Assembly (NCBI GenBank): GCA_965228875.1
Contig: OZ245843.1
Location: forward strand, 3,206,616-3,270,615
Direction: 5' to 3'
DNA from: Thalassobaculaceae bacterium
GTDB taxonomy: Bacteria > Pseudomonadota > Alphaproteobacteria > Thalassobaculales > Thalassobaculaceae
Length of the DNA: 64,000 nucleotides
Of this stretch, positions 50,055-58,883 are shown piece after piece (the first letter of the stretch is position 1; each line of letters begins with the position of its first letter). The notes under the pieces are model-generated. The model ran no database searches, was not told the origin of the DNA, and saw nothing but the letters and a program-made list of their open reading frames with translations. Both the position numbers and the translations under genes were made by a program.

Positions 50055-50975
50055 ATGGCCGGCAACATGGGCGTCGATAACAAATTCCCGGGCAAGGACC
50101 TGAGCCAGGACGACATCGAGAACAAGATCCCGCTGGTCGCCAAGAAAAGCCCGGATCATCGAACCAAATTCACCGTCGGTGGCGTCGAGTTCGGCGGCGA
50201 CCTGGTTCCGGTGCTCGGCGGCCCGAACACGGTCGAGAACGAGGAACTGATCGTGAAGACCGCGATCGGCATCAAGAAGTCCGGCGGTCACATGCTGCGC
50301 GGCGGCGCCTTCAAGCCGCTCACCTTCCCGTACCGCTCGCCGAAATTCTTCGAACCGCGCGAGGACGGCCTGAAGTGGCTGCAGATCGCCAAGCAGGAGA
50401 CCGGCCTGCCGATCGTCACCGAGGTCATGGAGATCTCGAAGATCGATATCGTCGCGCAGAACTGCGACATGCTGCAGATCGGCACCCGCAACATGCAGAA
50501 CTACCCGCTGCTGACCGAGGTCGGAAAGACCGGCATGCCGGTGATGCTCAAGCGCGGCTACGGCTCCAGCCTGCGCGATTGGCTGATGGCGGCCGAGTAC
50601 ATCGCGCTGGAGCACGACAAGCTCGGCCAGGGACAGAAGATCGTGCTGTGCGAGCGCGGCGTGGTCTCCAACCACACCCACCGCGACACCTCGCGCTTCC
50701 TGCTCGACCTGCAGGTCATCCCGGCGGCCCAGGAAGTCACCCACCTGCCGATCATGTCCGACCCGTCCCACGCCACCTTCTGGCAGCCCTGGGTCAAGTC
50801 GATGATGCTGGCCTCGATCGCCGCCGGCGCCGACGGCCTGATGCTGGAGGTCCACCCGGACCCGAAGAACGCCGCCGTCGACCCCCTGCAGTGCTCCAGC
50901 CTGGAGCAGTTCGACGACATCATGAAGGCCTGCCGGCCGGTGGCCCAGGCGATCGGGCGCACGGTCGACGCCTGA
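50055..50975 (+). CDS. Type I-beta DAHP/KDO8P-synthase-fold PEP aldolase with non-canonical motifs
   Basis: GGPNTVE, LRGGAFKPLT, TEVM, QIGTRNMQNY.LL, LKRG, LCERG, DPSH, EVHPDP..A.VD. Confidence 0.87.
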   Translation: MAGNMGVDNKFPGKDLSQDDIENKIPLVAKKSPDHRTKFTVGGVEFGGDLVPVLGGPNTVENEELIVKTAIGIKKSGGHMLRGGAFKPLTFPYRSPKFFEPREDGLKWLQIAKQETGLPIVTEVMEISKIDIVAQNCDMLQIGTRNMQNYPLLTEVGKTGMPVMLKRGYGSSLRDWLMAAEYIALEHDKLGQGQKIVLCERGVVSNHTHRDTSRFLLDLQVIPAAQEVTHLPIMSDPSHATFWQPWVKSMMLASIAAGADGLMLEVHPDPKNAAVDPLQCSSLEQFDDIMKACRPVAQAIGRTVDA

Positions 50976-50986
50976 GGGGCAGCGCG

Positions 50987-51859
50987 ATGAGCTTCTCCGG
51001 GCCGATCGACAACGCGGTCGAGATCACCACCGGGCGCTATGCCGCCATTCTCGGGGCGACGCCGTCGAAAGGCGCGCGCTCGCCGCTGCTGTGGAACGCC
51101 GCGTTCAAGGCGGCCGGGATCGACGCGGTCATGCACCCGATGGACACCCGTCCGGAGGTGCTGGGCGAGGTCGTCGCCGCCCTGAAGGCGGACCCCCGCT
51201 ATGTGGGCGGCGCCATCGCCGTCCCCCACAAGCAGACCGTCGGCGCCTTCCTGGATCGGCTGGAACCGGAGGCGGAGCGCATCGGGGCGGTGAACGCGAT
51301 CTACCGCGACGGTGACGCGCTGGTCGGCGCCAATACGGACGGCGCCGGCGCGCTCGCCCAGATCGAGGCGCTGGTCGGTGGTGCGGACGCGCTGAAGAGG
51401 CGGCGGGCGACGCTGATCGGCCTCGGCGGCGCGGGTGTCGCGGTTGCAGCCTACCTGGCCGTGCGCACGGCATCCCTGACCCTCGCCAACCGGAGCCGGG
51501 CGGCGGCCGAGGCCGCAGCGGGCAAGCTCGGCGCGACCGCCGTCGACTATCCGCTGTCGGCCGAAATCCTCGCCGCCACCGACCTTCTGGTCAACGCCAG
51601 CACGGTCGGCCACCAGGACGGCCCGGCCGGCTCGCCGGTGGCGCAAGACCTGCTCGCCTCTCTGCCGGACGGCGCGGCGGTGTACGACGTGATCTATCAG
51701 CCGCGGGAGACGCCGCTGCTGGCGGCGGCCGGTGCGCGGGGCCTGGCCACGCTGGACGGGCTGGGCATGAACCTGGATCAGGCGGTGATCGCCTTCGCCA
51801 AGGCGGTGCCGGGCGCGCTCGACACGGATCGGATCCGCGAGGCGATGCGGGCGGCGTGA
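50987..51859 (+). CDS. Shikimate dehydrogenase superfamily protein (divergent substrate site)
   Basis: ARSP, VPHK, IGAVN, GANTD, GLGGAG, ANRS, NAST.G, DVIYQP.ETPLL, DGLGM..DQA. Confidence 0.85.
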   Translation: MSFSGPIDNAVEITTGRYAAILGATPSKGARSPLLWNAAFKAAGIDAVMHPMDTRPEVLGEVVAALKADPRYVGGAIAVPHKQTVGAFLDRLEPEAERIGAVNAIYRDGDALVGANTDGAGALAQIEALVGGADALKRRRATLIGLGGAGVAVAAYLAVRTASLTLANRSRAAAEAAAGKLGATAVDYPLSAEILAATDLLVNASTVGHQDGPAGSPVAQDLLASLPDGAAVYDVIYQPRETPLLAAAGARGLATLDGLGMNLDQAVIAFAKAVPGALDTDRIREAMRAA

Positions 51860-52392
51860 ACGGGACGGCCAAGATGAAGCGCATTCTTCTCCACGCCGAC
51901 GCCCCGGGTCTGGCGGTGGCGACGGTCGACGAAACCACGACCGAGCCGCTCGATCAGGTGGCGCGGCGCTACCACGCGGTGATCCCGGCCGATCACATGG
52001 CGACGCCGCCGGTCCTGGCGGAAGGCATCCGGGTCGCCTTCCTGACCACCGACTACGACAGTTTCGAGCGGCTGCGGCGGATCGATCTGCCCGGCGACCT
52101 GCTGTTCAAGCCGTCGGCGGTCGCCCGCCTCGACCTGCTGCGCGCCGCGCGGCGGACACTGGTCACCGCCCGCGCCATCCGCGAGGGCGAGATCATCACC
52201 GAGGCGGATATCGCCGAGGTGATCGGCGGCGACGGCGTCGGCGCCGAGATGCGCGACCAGATGGTCGGCCGCGCCGCGCTGTACGACATGATGGAGGGCA
52301 TGGCCGTCGATTTCGGCTTCCTCTCGGAGGACGCGACCGGCGGCAACCGCACCGGCCCGGACGGCCCGAAACGTACCGGAGAACTGATGTGA
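51856..52392 (+). CDS. Protein with C-terminal SAF/AFP-like domain resembling the NeuB C-terminus
   Basis: ARRTLVTARAIREGEIITEADI....G.G.....DQMVGR.A..D...G. Start could alternatively be ATG 51874. Confidence 0.68.
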   Translation: MNGTAKMKRILLHADAPGLAVATVDETTTEPLDQVARRYHAVIPADHMATPPVLAEGIRVAFLTTDYDSFERLRRIDLPGDLLFKPSAVARLDLLRAARRTLVTARAIREGEIITEADIAEVIGGDGVGAEMRDQMVGRAALYDMMEGMAVDFGFLSEDATGGNRTGPDGPKRTGELM

Positions 52393-53075
52393 TCAGCGTC
52401 GTCCTTCGCGCCAAGAACGAACGCGCCTGGATCGGGCGTTGCCTGACCGCGCTCAAGCGCCAGCGCCTGCCCGACCTGGACGTGATCCTGGTCGACAACG
52501 ACTCGACCGACGGCACCGTGGAATGCGCCGAGGCCTACGGCTGTACCCTGCGCAACATCACCCGCGAGGAGTTTTCCTACGGCCGGGCGCTGAACATGGG
52601 CATCGAGGCGGCCAGGCACGAGACCGTCGCCCTGCTCTCCTCGCACTGCGTGCCGGTGGACGAGCTTTGGGCCGACTACGCCTACGCCCATCTCGGACCC
52701 GAGGGGAACCGGAACACCTGCGGCATCTACGGTCGCCAGGAGCCGCTGCCGGAGACCAGCGCGATCGACCGGCGCGATCTCTGGACGACGTTCCGCGACG
52801 AGCGGGTGACGCAGCGGGTCGACTACTTCTTCCACAACGCCAATTCGGCGATCCGCAAGTCGATCTGGAACGACGAGCCCTTCGACGAGAAGATCCGCGG
52901 CGTCGAAGATCGGGAATGGGGCAAGCGCATGATCGGCGCCGGTCACGACATCGTCTACGAGCCCGGGATGCGCGCCTATCACCACCACGGCATCCACCAG
53001 GGCCGCGACGAGGGCCGCGCCAAGCGTGTCGCCGAGGTCATCGAGGTGATCCGCACGGGAGGGCCGATCCAGTGA
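52389..53075 (+). CDS. GT2 glycosyltransferase
   Basis: ISVVLRAKNE, VDNDSTDGT, FSYGRALN.G, YGRQ.P, FFHNANS.IRK, ED..W. Confidence 0.87.
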   Translation: MISVVLRAKNERAWIGRCLTALKRQRLPDLDVILVDNDSTDGTVECAEAYGCTLRNITREEFSYGRALNMGIEAARHETVALLSSHCVPVDELWADYAYAHLGPEGNRNTCGIYGRQEPLPETSAIDRRDLWTTFRDERVTQRVDYFFHNANSAIRKSIWNDEPFDEKIRGVEDREWGKRMIGAGHDIVYEPGMRAYHHHGIHQGRDEGRAKRVAEVIEVIRTGGPIQ

Positions 53076-53734
53076 GCGCGCCTCTCGTCGTCATTCCGAT
53101 CCTGTCCGCCGCGGAGAGCACGCCGCGCCTGACCATCCCGATCCGCGGCCGCTCCAGCCTGTGGCGCACCCTGGACAGTGCCGTCGCCGACCTGCCCGGC
53201 GCGCCGGTCGTGGTCACCACCGACGACGCCGAGATCCGCGCCTCCGTGGAACGCTACGGCGCCCCGGTCGTCGCCCACGCCCGCTCGGCCGAGGGTTACA
53301 CCAAGGCGGTGGCCGAGGTGGCGCGAGAATACGGGGCGGAGATCGTGGTGATCCTGGAGCCGACCCACCCGTTCCGGCCGCGCGGCCTGATCCGGCGGAC
53401 CGCCGACAACCTGGGCAAGCGCGCGCATCTCGACAGCGTCGTGTGCGTGCGCCGGTTCACCGCCAACCTGTGGCGCCGCACCTCCGACGGCGAGATCCTG
53501 GCGATGACCGAAGGCGGCGAGGCGCGCGACGCCGAGTATTTCCAGGAGATGGTCGGCCTCGCGCTGGCCGCGCGCCCGCACCTGCTGGACCAGGGCCGTC
53601 GACTCGGCGACGCGGTCGGCTTCGAGGTCCTGGAACAGACCTGGGCGCTGGCCGACGTGCGCGACGACGTCAGCTTCGCTGCCGCCGAAGCGCTTGCCGA
53701 CTACCTGATCCGCCTCGAGGAGATCTCCGCATGA
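53072..53734 (+). CDS. Degenerate CMP-ulosonate synthetase (NeuA-fold) paralogue
   Basis: VVIPI, VVVTTDDAEI, VILEPTHPFR, DSVVCV, DVRD..SF..AE; lacks the ARGGSKG..KN loop. Confidence 0.65.
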   Translation: MSAPLVVIPILSAAESTPRLTIPIRGRSSLWRTLDSAVADLPGAPVVVTTDDAEIRASVERYGAPVVAHARSAEGYTKAVAEVAREYGAEIVVILEPTHPFRPRGLIRRTADNLGKRAHLDSVVCVRRFTANLWRRTSDGEILAMTEGGEARDAEYFQEMVGLALAARPHLLDQGRRLGDAVGFEVLEQTWALADVRDDVSFAAAEALADYLIRLEEISA

Positions 53735-54477
53735 CCAGCCCCACGGGGACACTGCCGGACGACACCGGCGACAACGATCGCGTCATCGCCCTGATCCCGG
53801 CGCGCGGCGGCTCCAAGGGCCTGCCCGGCAAGAACGTGAAGCCGATCGGCGGCAAGCCGCTGATCGCCCACTCGATCCACCACGCGATCGAGAGCGGCGT
53901 GTGCGACCGGGTGCTGGTGACCACCGACGACGACGACATCTTCGCCGCCGCCGGCGAGGCCGGCGCCTGGACCCCGTTCAAGCGCGAGAAGTCCCTGGCC
54001 GAGGACCTGACGCCGACCGAACCGGTGCTGGTCGACGCCCTGGCCCGCGCCGAGGAGATCGACGGCCCCTTCGGCATCGTGGTGTTCCTGCAGCCGACCG
54101 ACATCTTCCGCAAGCCGGAATGGATCGCCCAGGCGGTCAACACGCTGAAGGAAAAGCGGCACCTCGATTCCTGCTTCGTCGCGAACAAGACACACAAGAA
54201 CTTCTGGACCGAGCAGCCGGATGGCACCTGGAAGCGCGTCTATGACTGGATGGGGGTCTACGGCCCGCGCCAGACACGCACACCGCTGTTCCGGGAGGAT
54301 ACCGGCATCGCCTCCGCCCTGCGCGCCGCGCTGATCCGCGCCGGCCGGCGGACCGGCGACCATGCCGAGGTTCTGCCGATCGACAGCACCGCGTCCGGCA
54401 TCGATATCCACGACGCCTTCGACTTCTACCTCGCGGAGAAGGCGCTGGAGTGGTTTGAAACCCACGAGATGAAATGA
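53731..54477 (+). CDS. neuA: Acylneuraminate/ulosonate cytidylyltransferase (NeuA/PseF/LegF family)
   Basis: ALIPARGGSKGLPGKN, GKPLI, VTTDD, LQPT, DIHDAFDF..AE. Confidence 0.88.
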   Translation: MTSPTGTLPDDTGDNDRVIALIPARGGSKGLPGKNVKPIGGKPLIAHSIHHAIESGVCDRVLVTTDDDDIFAAAGEAGAWTPFKREKSLAEDLTPTEPVLVDALARAEEIDGPFGIVVFLQPTDIFRKPEWIAQAVNTLKEKRHLDSCFVANKTHKNFWTEQPDGTWKRVYDWMGVYGPRQTRTPLFREDTGIASALRAALIRAGRRTGDHAEVLPIDSTASGIDIHDAFDFYLAEKALEWFETHEMK

Positions 54478-55586
54478 CGCTCACCGGGGCCGCCGGCGAT
54501 CCGCTGATCCACGCCATCGGCTGGTTCGACGGCCGCTACGGCTACAACGTGATGACCCGCGGGCTGTTCGACCCGCTGTCCCGCCGCCTGCCGGTCCTGG
54601 CCAGCCCGATCCGCCACAAGTCCGGCCCGGTCGACGAGGACAAGGCGGCGATCCCGCGCCACTTCCCCGACGCGACACGAATCACCGTCACGCTGCTCTA
54701 CGGCTCGATGGCGCGGGTGATGCACGACGTCGACGGGCTCCGCGTGTGCTTCACCCTGTGGGAATCGACGCGCCTGCCCAAGGGCTGGGTCGAAGCCCTG
54801 GACCGCCACACCGATCGGATCTGGACCGCCACGCCCTGGGGCAAGCGGGTGTTCGCCGCCAACGGCCTCGACCCCGATCGGATCGACGTCGTGCCCCTCG
54901 GCATCGACCCGGACCTGTTCAACCCGGACCTGGAACCCACGGGCGCGGTGCCGAAGGACGGCACCTACACCTTTCTGTCGGTCGGGCGCTGGGAGAAGCG
55001 CAAGGGCATGGCCGACCTCGTGAAGGCGTTCGACGAGGAATTCTCGGACCGCGACGACGTCCGCCTCGTCCTGGGCGGTCTGCACGCCAATCAGCTCGAT
55101 CTCGATCTGCGCGCCGTTCTGTCGCCGCTCGGCCTGCGCCGGCCCGACCGCCTGAAGATCATCCCGCCGGTCGGCCGGCACACCACCTTCGCCGGCATCT
55201 ACACCGCCTGCGACGCCTTCGTCGCCCCGACCCGGGCCGAGGGATGGGGCCTGCCGATGACCGAGGCCATGGCCTGCGGCCTGCCGACCATCGTCACGGG
55301 CTACAGCGGACCGAGCGCCTTCATCGCCGAGCATGCCTACCGCATCGACCACCGGCTGGTGGCGATCGACGAGCCGTTCTTCGAGACCGAGGATGGCGAT
55401 CTCGGCCAATGGGCGGAGCCGGACTGGCACCACCTGCGCCACCTGATGCGCCACGTCTACGAGAACCGCGACGAGGCCAGAGCGCGCGGCCTCGCGGGGT
55501 CGACGCATGTGCGCGAGCGGGTGTCCTGGGACCGGGCGGCGGACATCGCCGCCGGGCACTTGCGGGCACTCGCGAACCGCCCGTAA
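54474..55586 (+). CDS. GT4 glycosyltransferase
   Basis: TLWEST, VVPLGID, SVGRWEKRKG, PTRAEGWGLPMTEAMACGLP, WAEPD. Confidence 0.88.
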   Translation: MTLTGAAGDPLIHAIGWFDGRYGYNVMTRGLFDPLSRRLPVLASPIRHKSGPVDEDKAAIPRHFPDATRITVTLLYGSMARVMHDVDGLRVCFTLWESTRLPKGWVEALDRHTDRIWTATPWGKRVFAANGLDPDRIDVVPLGIDPDLFNPDLEPTGAVPKDGTYTFLSVGRWEKRKGMADLVKAFDEEFSDRDDVRLVLGGLHANQLDLDLRAVLSPLGLRRPDRLKIIPPVGRHTTFAGIYTACDAFVAPTRAEGWGLPMTEAMACGLPTIVTGYSGPSAFIAEHAYRIDHRLVAIDEPFFETEDGDLGQWAEPDWHHLRHLMRHVYENRDEARARGLAGSTHVRERVSWDRAADIAAGHLRALANRP

Positions 55587-55619
55587 AACGACAGGGATCG
55601 ATTGCAGGGGCGCGTCACG

Positions 55620-56336
55620 ATGATCTCAATCTCTCAGACCTGCCGGATCGACTCCGCGCCGCCAGCCGCCACACAAGATATCCGGCACGTGACGGCCGCT
55701 CTCGGCGACGCCCGGATCGAGACCTCTCCCTTTCCCCATGCCTTGGTCGAGGATTTCCTGCCGGCGGACCTGTTCGTGTCGCTGCGGGACATGGCCCGGG
55801 TCGGGACCGGTCCCGGCTGGCATGACGGGGCGACGCGCCGGTCGCTGTTCCTGACCCAATCCATCGGCGAGGCGGAGGGGATCACCGGTACCGGCCGGCG
55901 GACGCTGTCGATCCTGTCCAGCGCCGCCGTCGTCGGCGCGGCCCGCGACCTGTTCGCGGACCATCTGAGCGTGCGGGCAAAGCCGGAGGACCTGATCGTC
56001 GGCCTGGAGCTGATGCTCGACAAGGCGGGCTTCATGCTGCCGCCGCACACCGACGGCGGGCGGCGCGACATCGGCTGCCTGATCTACCTGGCCGAACCCG
56101 GCGATCCGGAGACGATGGGTACCCGGCTCTACGCCCCGATCGACCCGACCCTGCCCGAGAGGACGCGGAACGGTGTGCGTTGGGAGGAAGTGACCGAAGC
56201 GGCGTCAGCCCCCTTCCGGCCCAACCTGGCGCTGATCTGGGCGCGCTCGAACGCCTCGTATCACGGGGTGCCGTTCGACGTGGTCGACCGCGACCGCCGG
56301 GCGCTGCAATGGTGCATCGAGCGGACCGTGGATTAA
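55620..56336 (+). CDS. 2OG-Fe(II) oxygenase-fold protein (paralogue 1)
   Basis: PFPH..VEDFLP, PHTD (HxD), LIYL, GTRLY, SYHGV, RRALQ. Start uncertain. Confidence 0.75.
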   Translation: MISISQTCRIDSAPPAATQDIRHVTAALGDARIETSPFPHALVEDFLPADLFVSLRDMARVGTGPGWHDGATRRSLFLTQSIGEAEGITGTGRRTLSILSSAAVVGAARDLFADHLSVRAKPEDLIVGLELMLDKAGFMLPPHTDGGRRDIGCLIYLAEPGDPETMGTRLYAPIDPTLPERTRNGVRWEEVTEAASAPFRPNLALIWARSNASYHGVPFDVVDRDRRALQWCIERTVD

Positions 56337-56348
56337 GGAGCACAGACC

Positions 56349-57155
56349 GTGCGTTTGAACCAACCGACCGGCTTCGCCGACTTCGACGGACCGGCCGACG
56401 ATATCGAGCGGTTCCGCGCGGCGCTGAACCAGGGCGCGCTGCAGATGGAGCCGTTCGCGCACATGGTCGTGACGTCGCCGTTCCGCGAGGCGTACGTGCA
56501 GGCGCTGCTGGCCGAGTATCCCAGCGAAGACGGCATGGGACAGGTGTCGGGGCGGATCCCGGGGCGCCGATACTCCGATCGCCGGCTCTCGCGGATCCTG
56601 CCGCAACCGGACGACGACGAGATCGCGGGCCTCCCCGCCTCGCAGAGGCAGCTCTCCAGGATCCTGCGCGCACCGCACGTGGTGAACCATCTGGTGCGGG
56701 TGTTTCCGAACCGGACCCGGGAGAACCTGCTGCGCGCCGCCCGCGCCCTGGAGACCGATACCCTGAACGTGAAGGTCTCCATCGAGCTGATCCACGACCG
56801 AAGCGGCTTCGAACTCCGCCCCCACACCGACGGCGGGATCAAGCTGGTGACCGGGCTGGTCTATCTGGCCGAGCCGGGGGATCCGGAGAGCCTGGGCACA
56901 CGGATCTACCGCCCGAAGGATCCGGAGTTCTCCGATTCCGGCAACGGCTCGTTCTCGACCGACGAGATGGACGAGGTCGCGACCATTCCCTATCGGCGCA
57001 ACACGATGCTGCTGTTCGCCCGGACCAACCGGTCGTTCCATGGTGTGGCCGCCGACAGCTCCGGCGTGGCCCGGCGGTTGATCCAGTTCTCGGTGATGCT
57101 GGACATTCCTCCCGAAGTCGCCGCCGAGCTGAAACGCCGGCGGCAATCGGCCTGA
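56349..57155 (+). CDS. 2OG-Fe(II) oxygenase-fold protein (paralogue 2)
   Basis: EPFAH, PHTD, LVYL, GTRIY, SFHGV, RRLIQ. AAGGAG RBS before GTG. Confidence 0.78.
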   Translation: MRLNQPTGFADFDGPADDIERFRAALNQGALQMEPFAHMVVTSPFREAYVQALLAEYPSEDGMGQVSGRIPGRRYSDRRLSRILPQPDDDEIAGLPASQRQLSRILRAPHVVNHLVRVFPNRTRENLLRAARALETDTLNVKVSIELIHDRSGFELRPHTDGGIKLVTGLVYLAEPGDPESLGTRIYRPKDPEFSDSGNGSFSTDEMDEVATIPYRRNTMLLFARTNRSFHGVAADSSGVARRLIQFSVMLDIPPEVAAELKRRRQSA

Positions 57156-57168
57156 CCCGGCACCGGGC

Positions 57169-57990
57169 TCAACCCGCGGCGGCGCTCCCGGGTCGGGTGA
57201 AGAGGATGTTTCCGGTGTGCTTCACGCCGACATCCTTCTCGCGGACCGCCCGTTCCATGTCCTCGTCCTTGGCGAAGCCGGCGGCGACCAGGGCGGCGGC
57301 GACCTCCTGATGGAACGGCTCGTTGATCATCAGTTCGATCATGATGCTCCGCAGGCGCGGATCCCGCAGCAGACGGGACGCGCCGGCAATCACCGCGTGC
57401 TCCAGCCCGTCCACGTCGATCTTCAGGTGTGTCGGGCAGTCGAACCCGCAGGTGTAGACCAGATGATCCAGGGTGGCCGTCGCCACGCCCTGGTGGCCCT
57501 GCGGCTCCTCGACGACGACGCGCAGGCCGTCCGTGACCAGAACCTGATGACCGCTGCCGCCGACGGTGTTGCTGCGCACCTGCATGAGCCCGTAGCCGAC
57601 GGTATCGCTGATCCCCAGGCAGTACGCCGCGCAGGTCGCCGTCAGTTCGTTGACCCGAAGGTTGTCGTTCAGGACGGCATAGTTGGACGCCTCCGGTTCG
57701 AAGGCATAGACCCTGGCCCCGCGCGTCGCCGCCGCCCAGAGAGTGTAGAGGCCGATGTTCGCCCCGACGTCGTACAGGACCGCCCCCTGCGGCATGCCGC
57801 GGATCCACGCGATCGTCTCGGGCTCCTTGTCGAGCAGATGCGACACCCGCCAGGCGCACATCCGGCCCGGCACGTAGAACCGGAGGTCGACGTCCCCGCC
57901 GGCAACGTGGATATAGGGCTTGCTCGCCTCGAACTTGGCGCTGCGGGCGATGTGGCGCTTTCGGTCATCTTCGCTGAGGTCGGTCCTCAT
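57169..57990 (-). CDS. FkbM-family methyltransferase
   Basis: KEPET..WI, YDVGANIGLYT, AFEPEASN, PTHLKIDVDGLE. Confidence 0.88.
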   Translation of the reverse strand: MRTDLSEDDRKRHIARSAKFEASKPYIHVAGGDVDLRFYVPGRMCAWRVSHLLDKEPETIAWIRGMPQGAVLYDVGANIGLYTLWAAATRGARVYAFEPEASNYAVLNDNLRVNELTATCAAYCLGISDTVGYGLMQVRSNTVGGSGHQVLVTDGLRVVVEEPQGHQGVATATLDHLVYTCGFDCPTHLKIDVDGLEHAVIAGASRLLRDPRLRSIMIELMINEPFHQEVAAALVAAGFAKDEDMERAVREKDVGVKHTGNILFTRPGSAAAG

Positions 57991-58883
57991 GGCGTGGCCC
58001 GCGCCGCCGCCGATCCGCCGCCCGACAGCTCGTACCCGATGGCGGTCATCAGGGCGCCGGCATTGCGCTCGGCGATGGCGATCTCCTCCGGCGTCATCTC
58101 GTCGCGCCAGCCGCCGACCTCGCCCCGGCGGTAGTGGGAGGTCGCATCGCGCTCGCCGCGCTTGCGCCCGCCAGACAACCGCTCGAAGCTCGCGGCCTCC
58201 ATCGCCGCCCGGACCATCTCCGGATCCTCCGGCGCGCCGATGAAGCGGAAGATCTCCAGGGCGTGACGGAACGTGTCGGCATGCAGATCCTCGTAGCGGA
58301 TCTCCATGTACGCCCGTCCCTTGGCCGCCGAGCGCGCCGCCTCGATCCGCGCCACCCAGTCATGGGAATACGCCTCGACATATTCCGGCCGGGTCAGGTC
58401 GTCCGGCAGCCGCGGGCGGAAGCGGGCGAAACCCGATACCGCGCCGTCCCGCGGGTCGCGGATGATGTGCACCATCCGGGCCTTGGGATAGACCCGCCAC
58501 ACCCGCTGGGCGTGGAACAGGTTGTCCGGATTCTTCTCGCCGATCACGACCAGGTCGTCGGGGTCCTTGTCGCCGAGATTGGCGGCGGCCAGGGCCGCGA
58601 ACGCCATTTGGAACACCGGCCCCATGTGCGCCGGCTTCGGTCCGACGACACCCGGCGCCCAGGTCCGCGAGCCCTTCTCGCGCTTCTTGGTATAGTCCCA
58701 GAGCACCTTGTAGACGTCGGGAACGACATCGTTCATGAAATGCGACTCGCCGAGGCACAGCACCTTGGGATGCGCGTTCAGCATCTGCTGCAACCACGTG
58801 GTCCCGGACCTCGGCAGTCCCGCGACGAAGAACACCGGCAGGCTGTTCAGGCGGCGGACCGTGGCCTCGATCGAGTCAGGCAT
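57987..58883 (-). CDS. PAPS-dependent sulfotransferase
   Basis: 5'-PSB GLPRSGTTW, GEKNP, 3'-PB IIRDPRD..VS, RYEDL, RRG.VGGW. Confidence 0.88.
   Translation of the reverse strand: MPDSIEATVRRLNSLPVFFVAGLPRSGTTWLQQMLNAHPKVLCLGESHFMNDVVPDVYKVLWDYTKKREKGSRTWAPGVVGPKPAHMGPVFQMAFAALAAANLGDKDPDDLVVIGEKNPDNLFHAQRVWRVYPKARMVHIIRDPRDGAVSGFARFRPRLPDDLTRPEYVEAYSHDWVARIEAARSAAKGRAYMEIRYEDLHADTFRHALEIFRFIGAPEDPEMVRAAMEAASFERLSGGRKRGERDATSHYRRGEVGGWRDEMTPEEIAIAERNAGALMTAIGYELSGGGSAAARATP

Noticed and set aside
50055..51859. Housekeeping aroF/aroE or kdsA
   Set aside because: Key substrate motifs are altered, other aro/kds genes are absent from the window, and the context is a CMP-sugar/GT operon.
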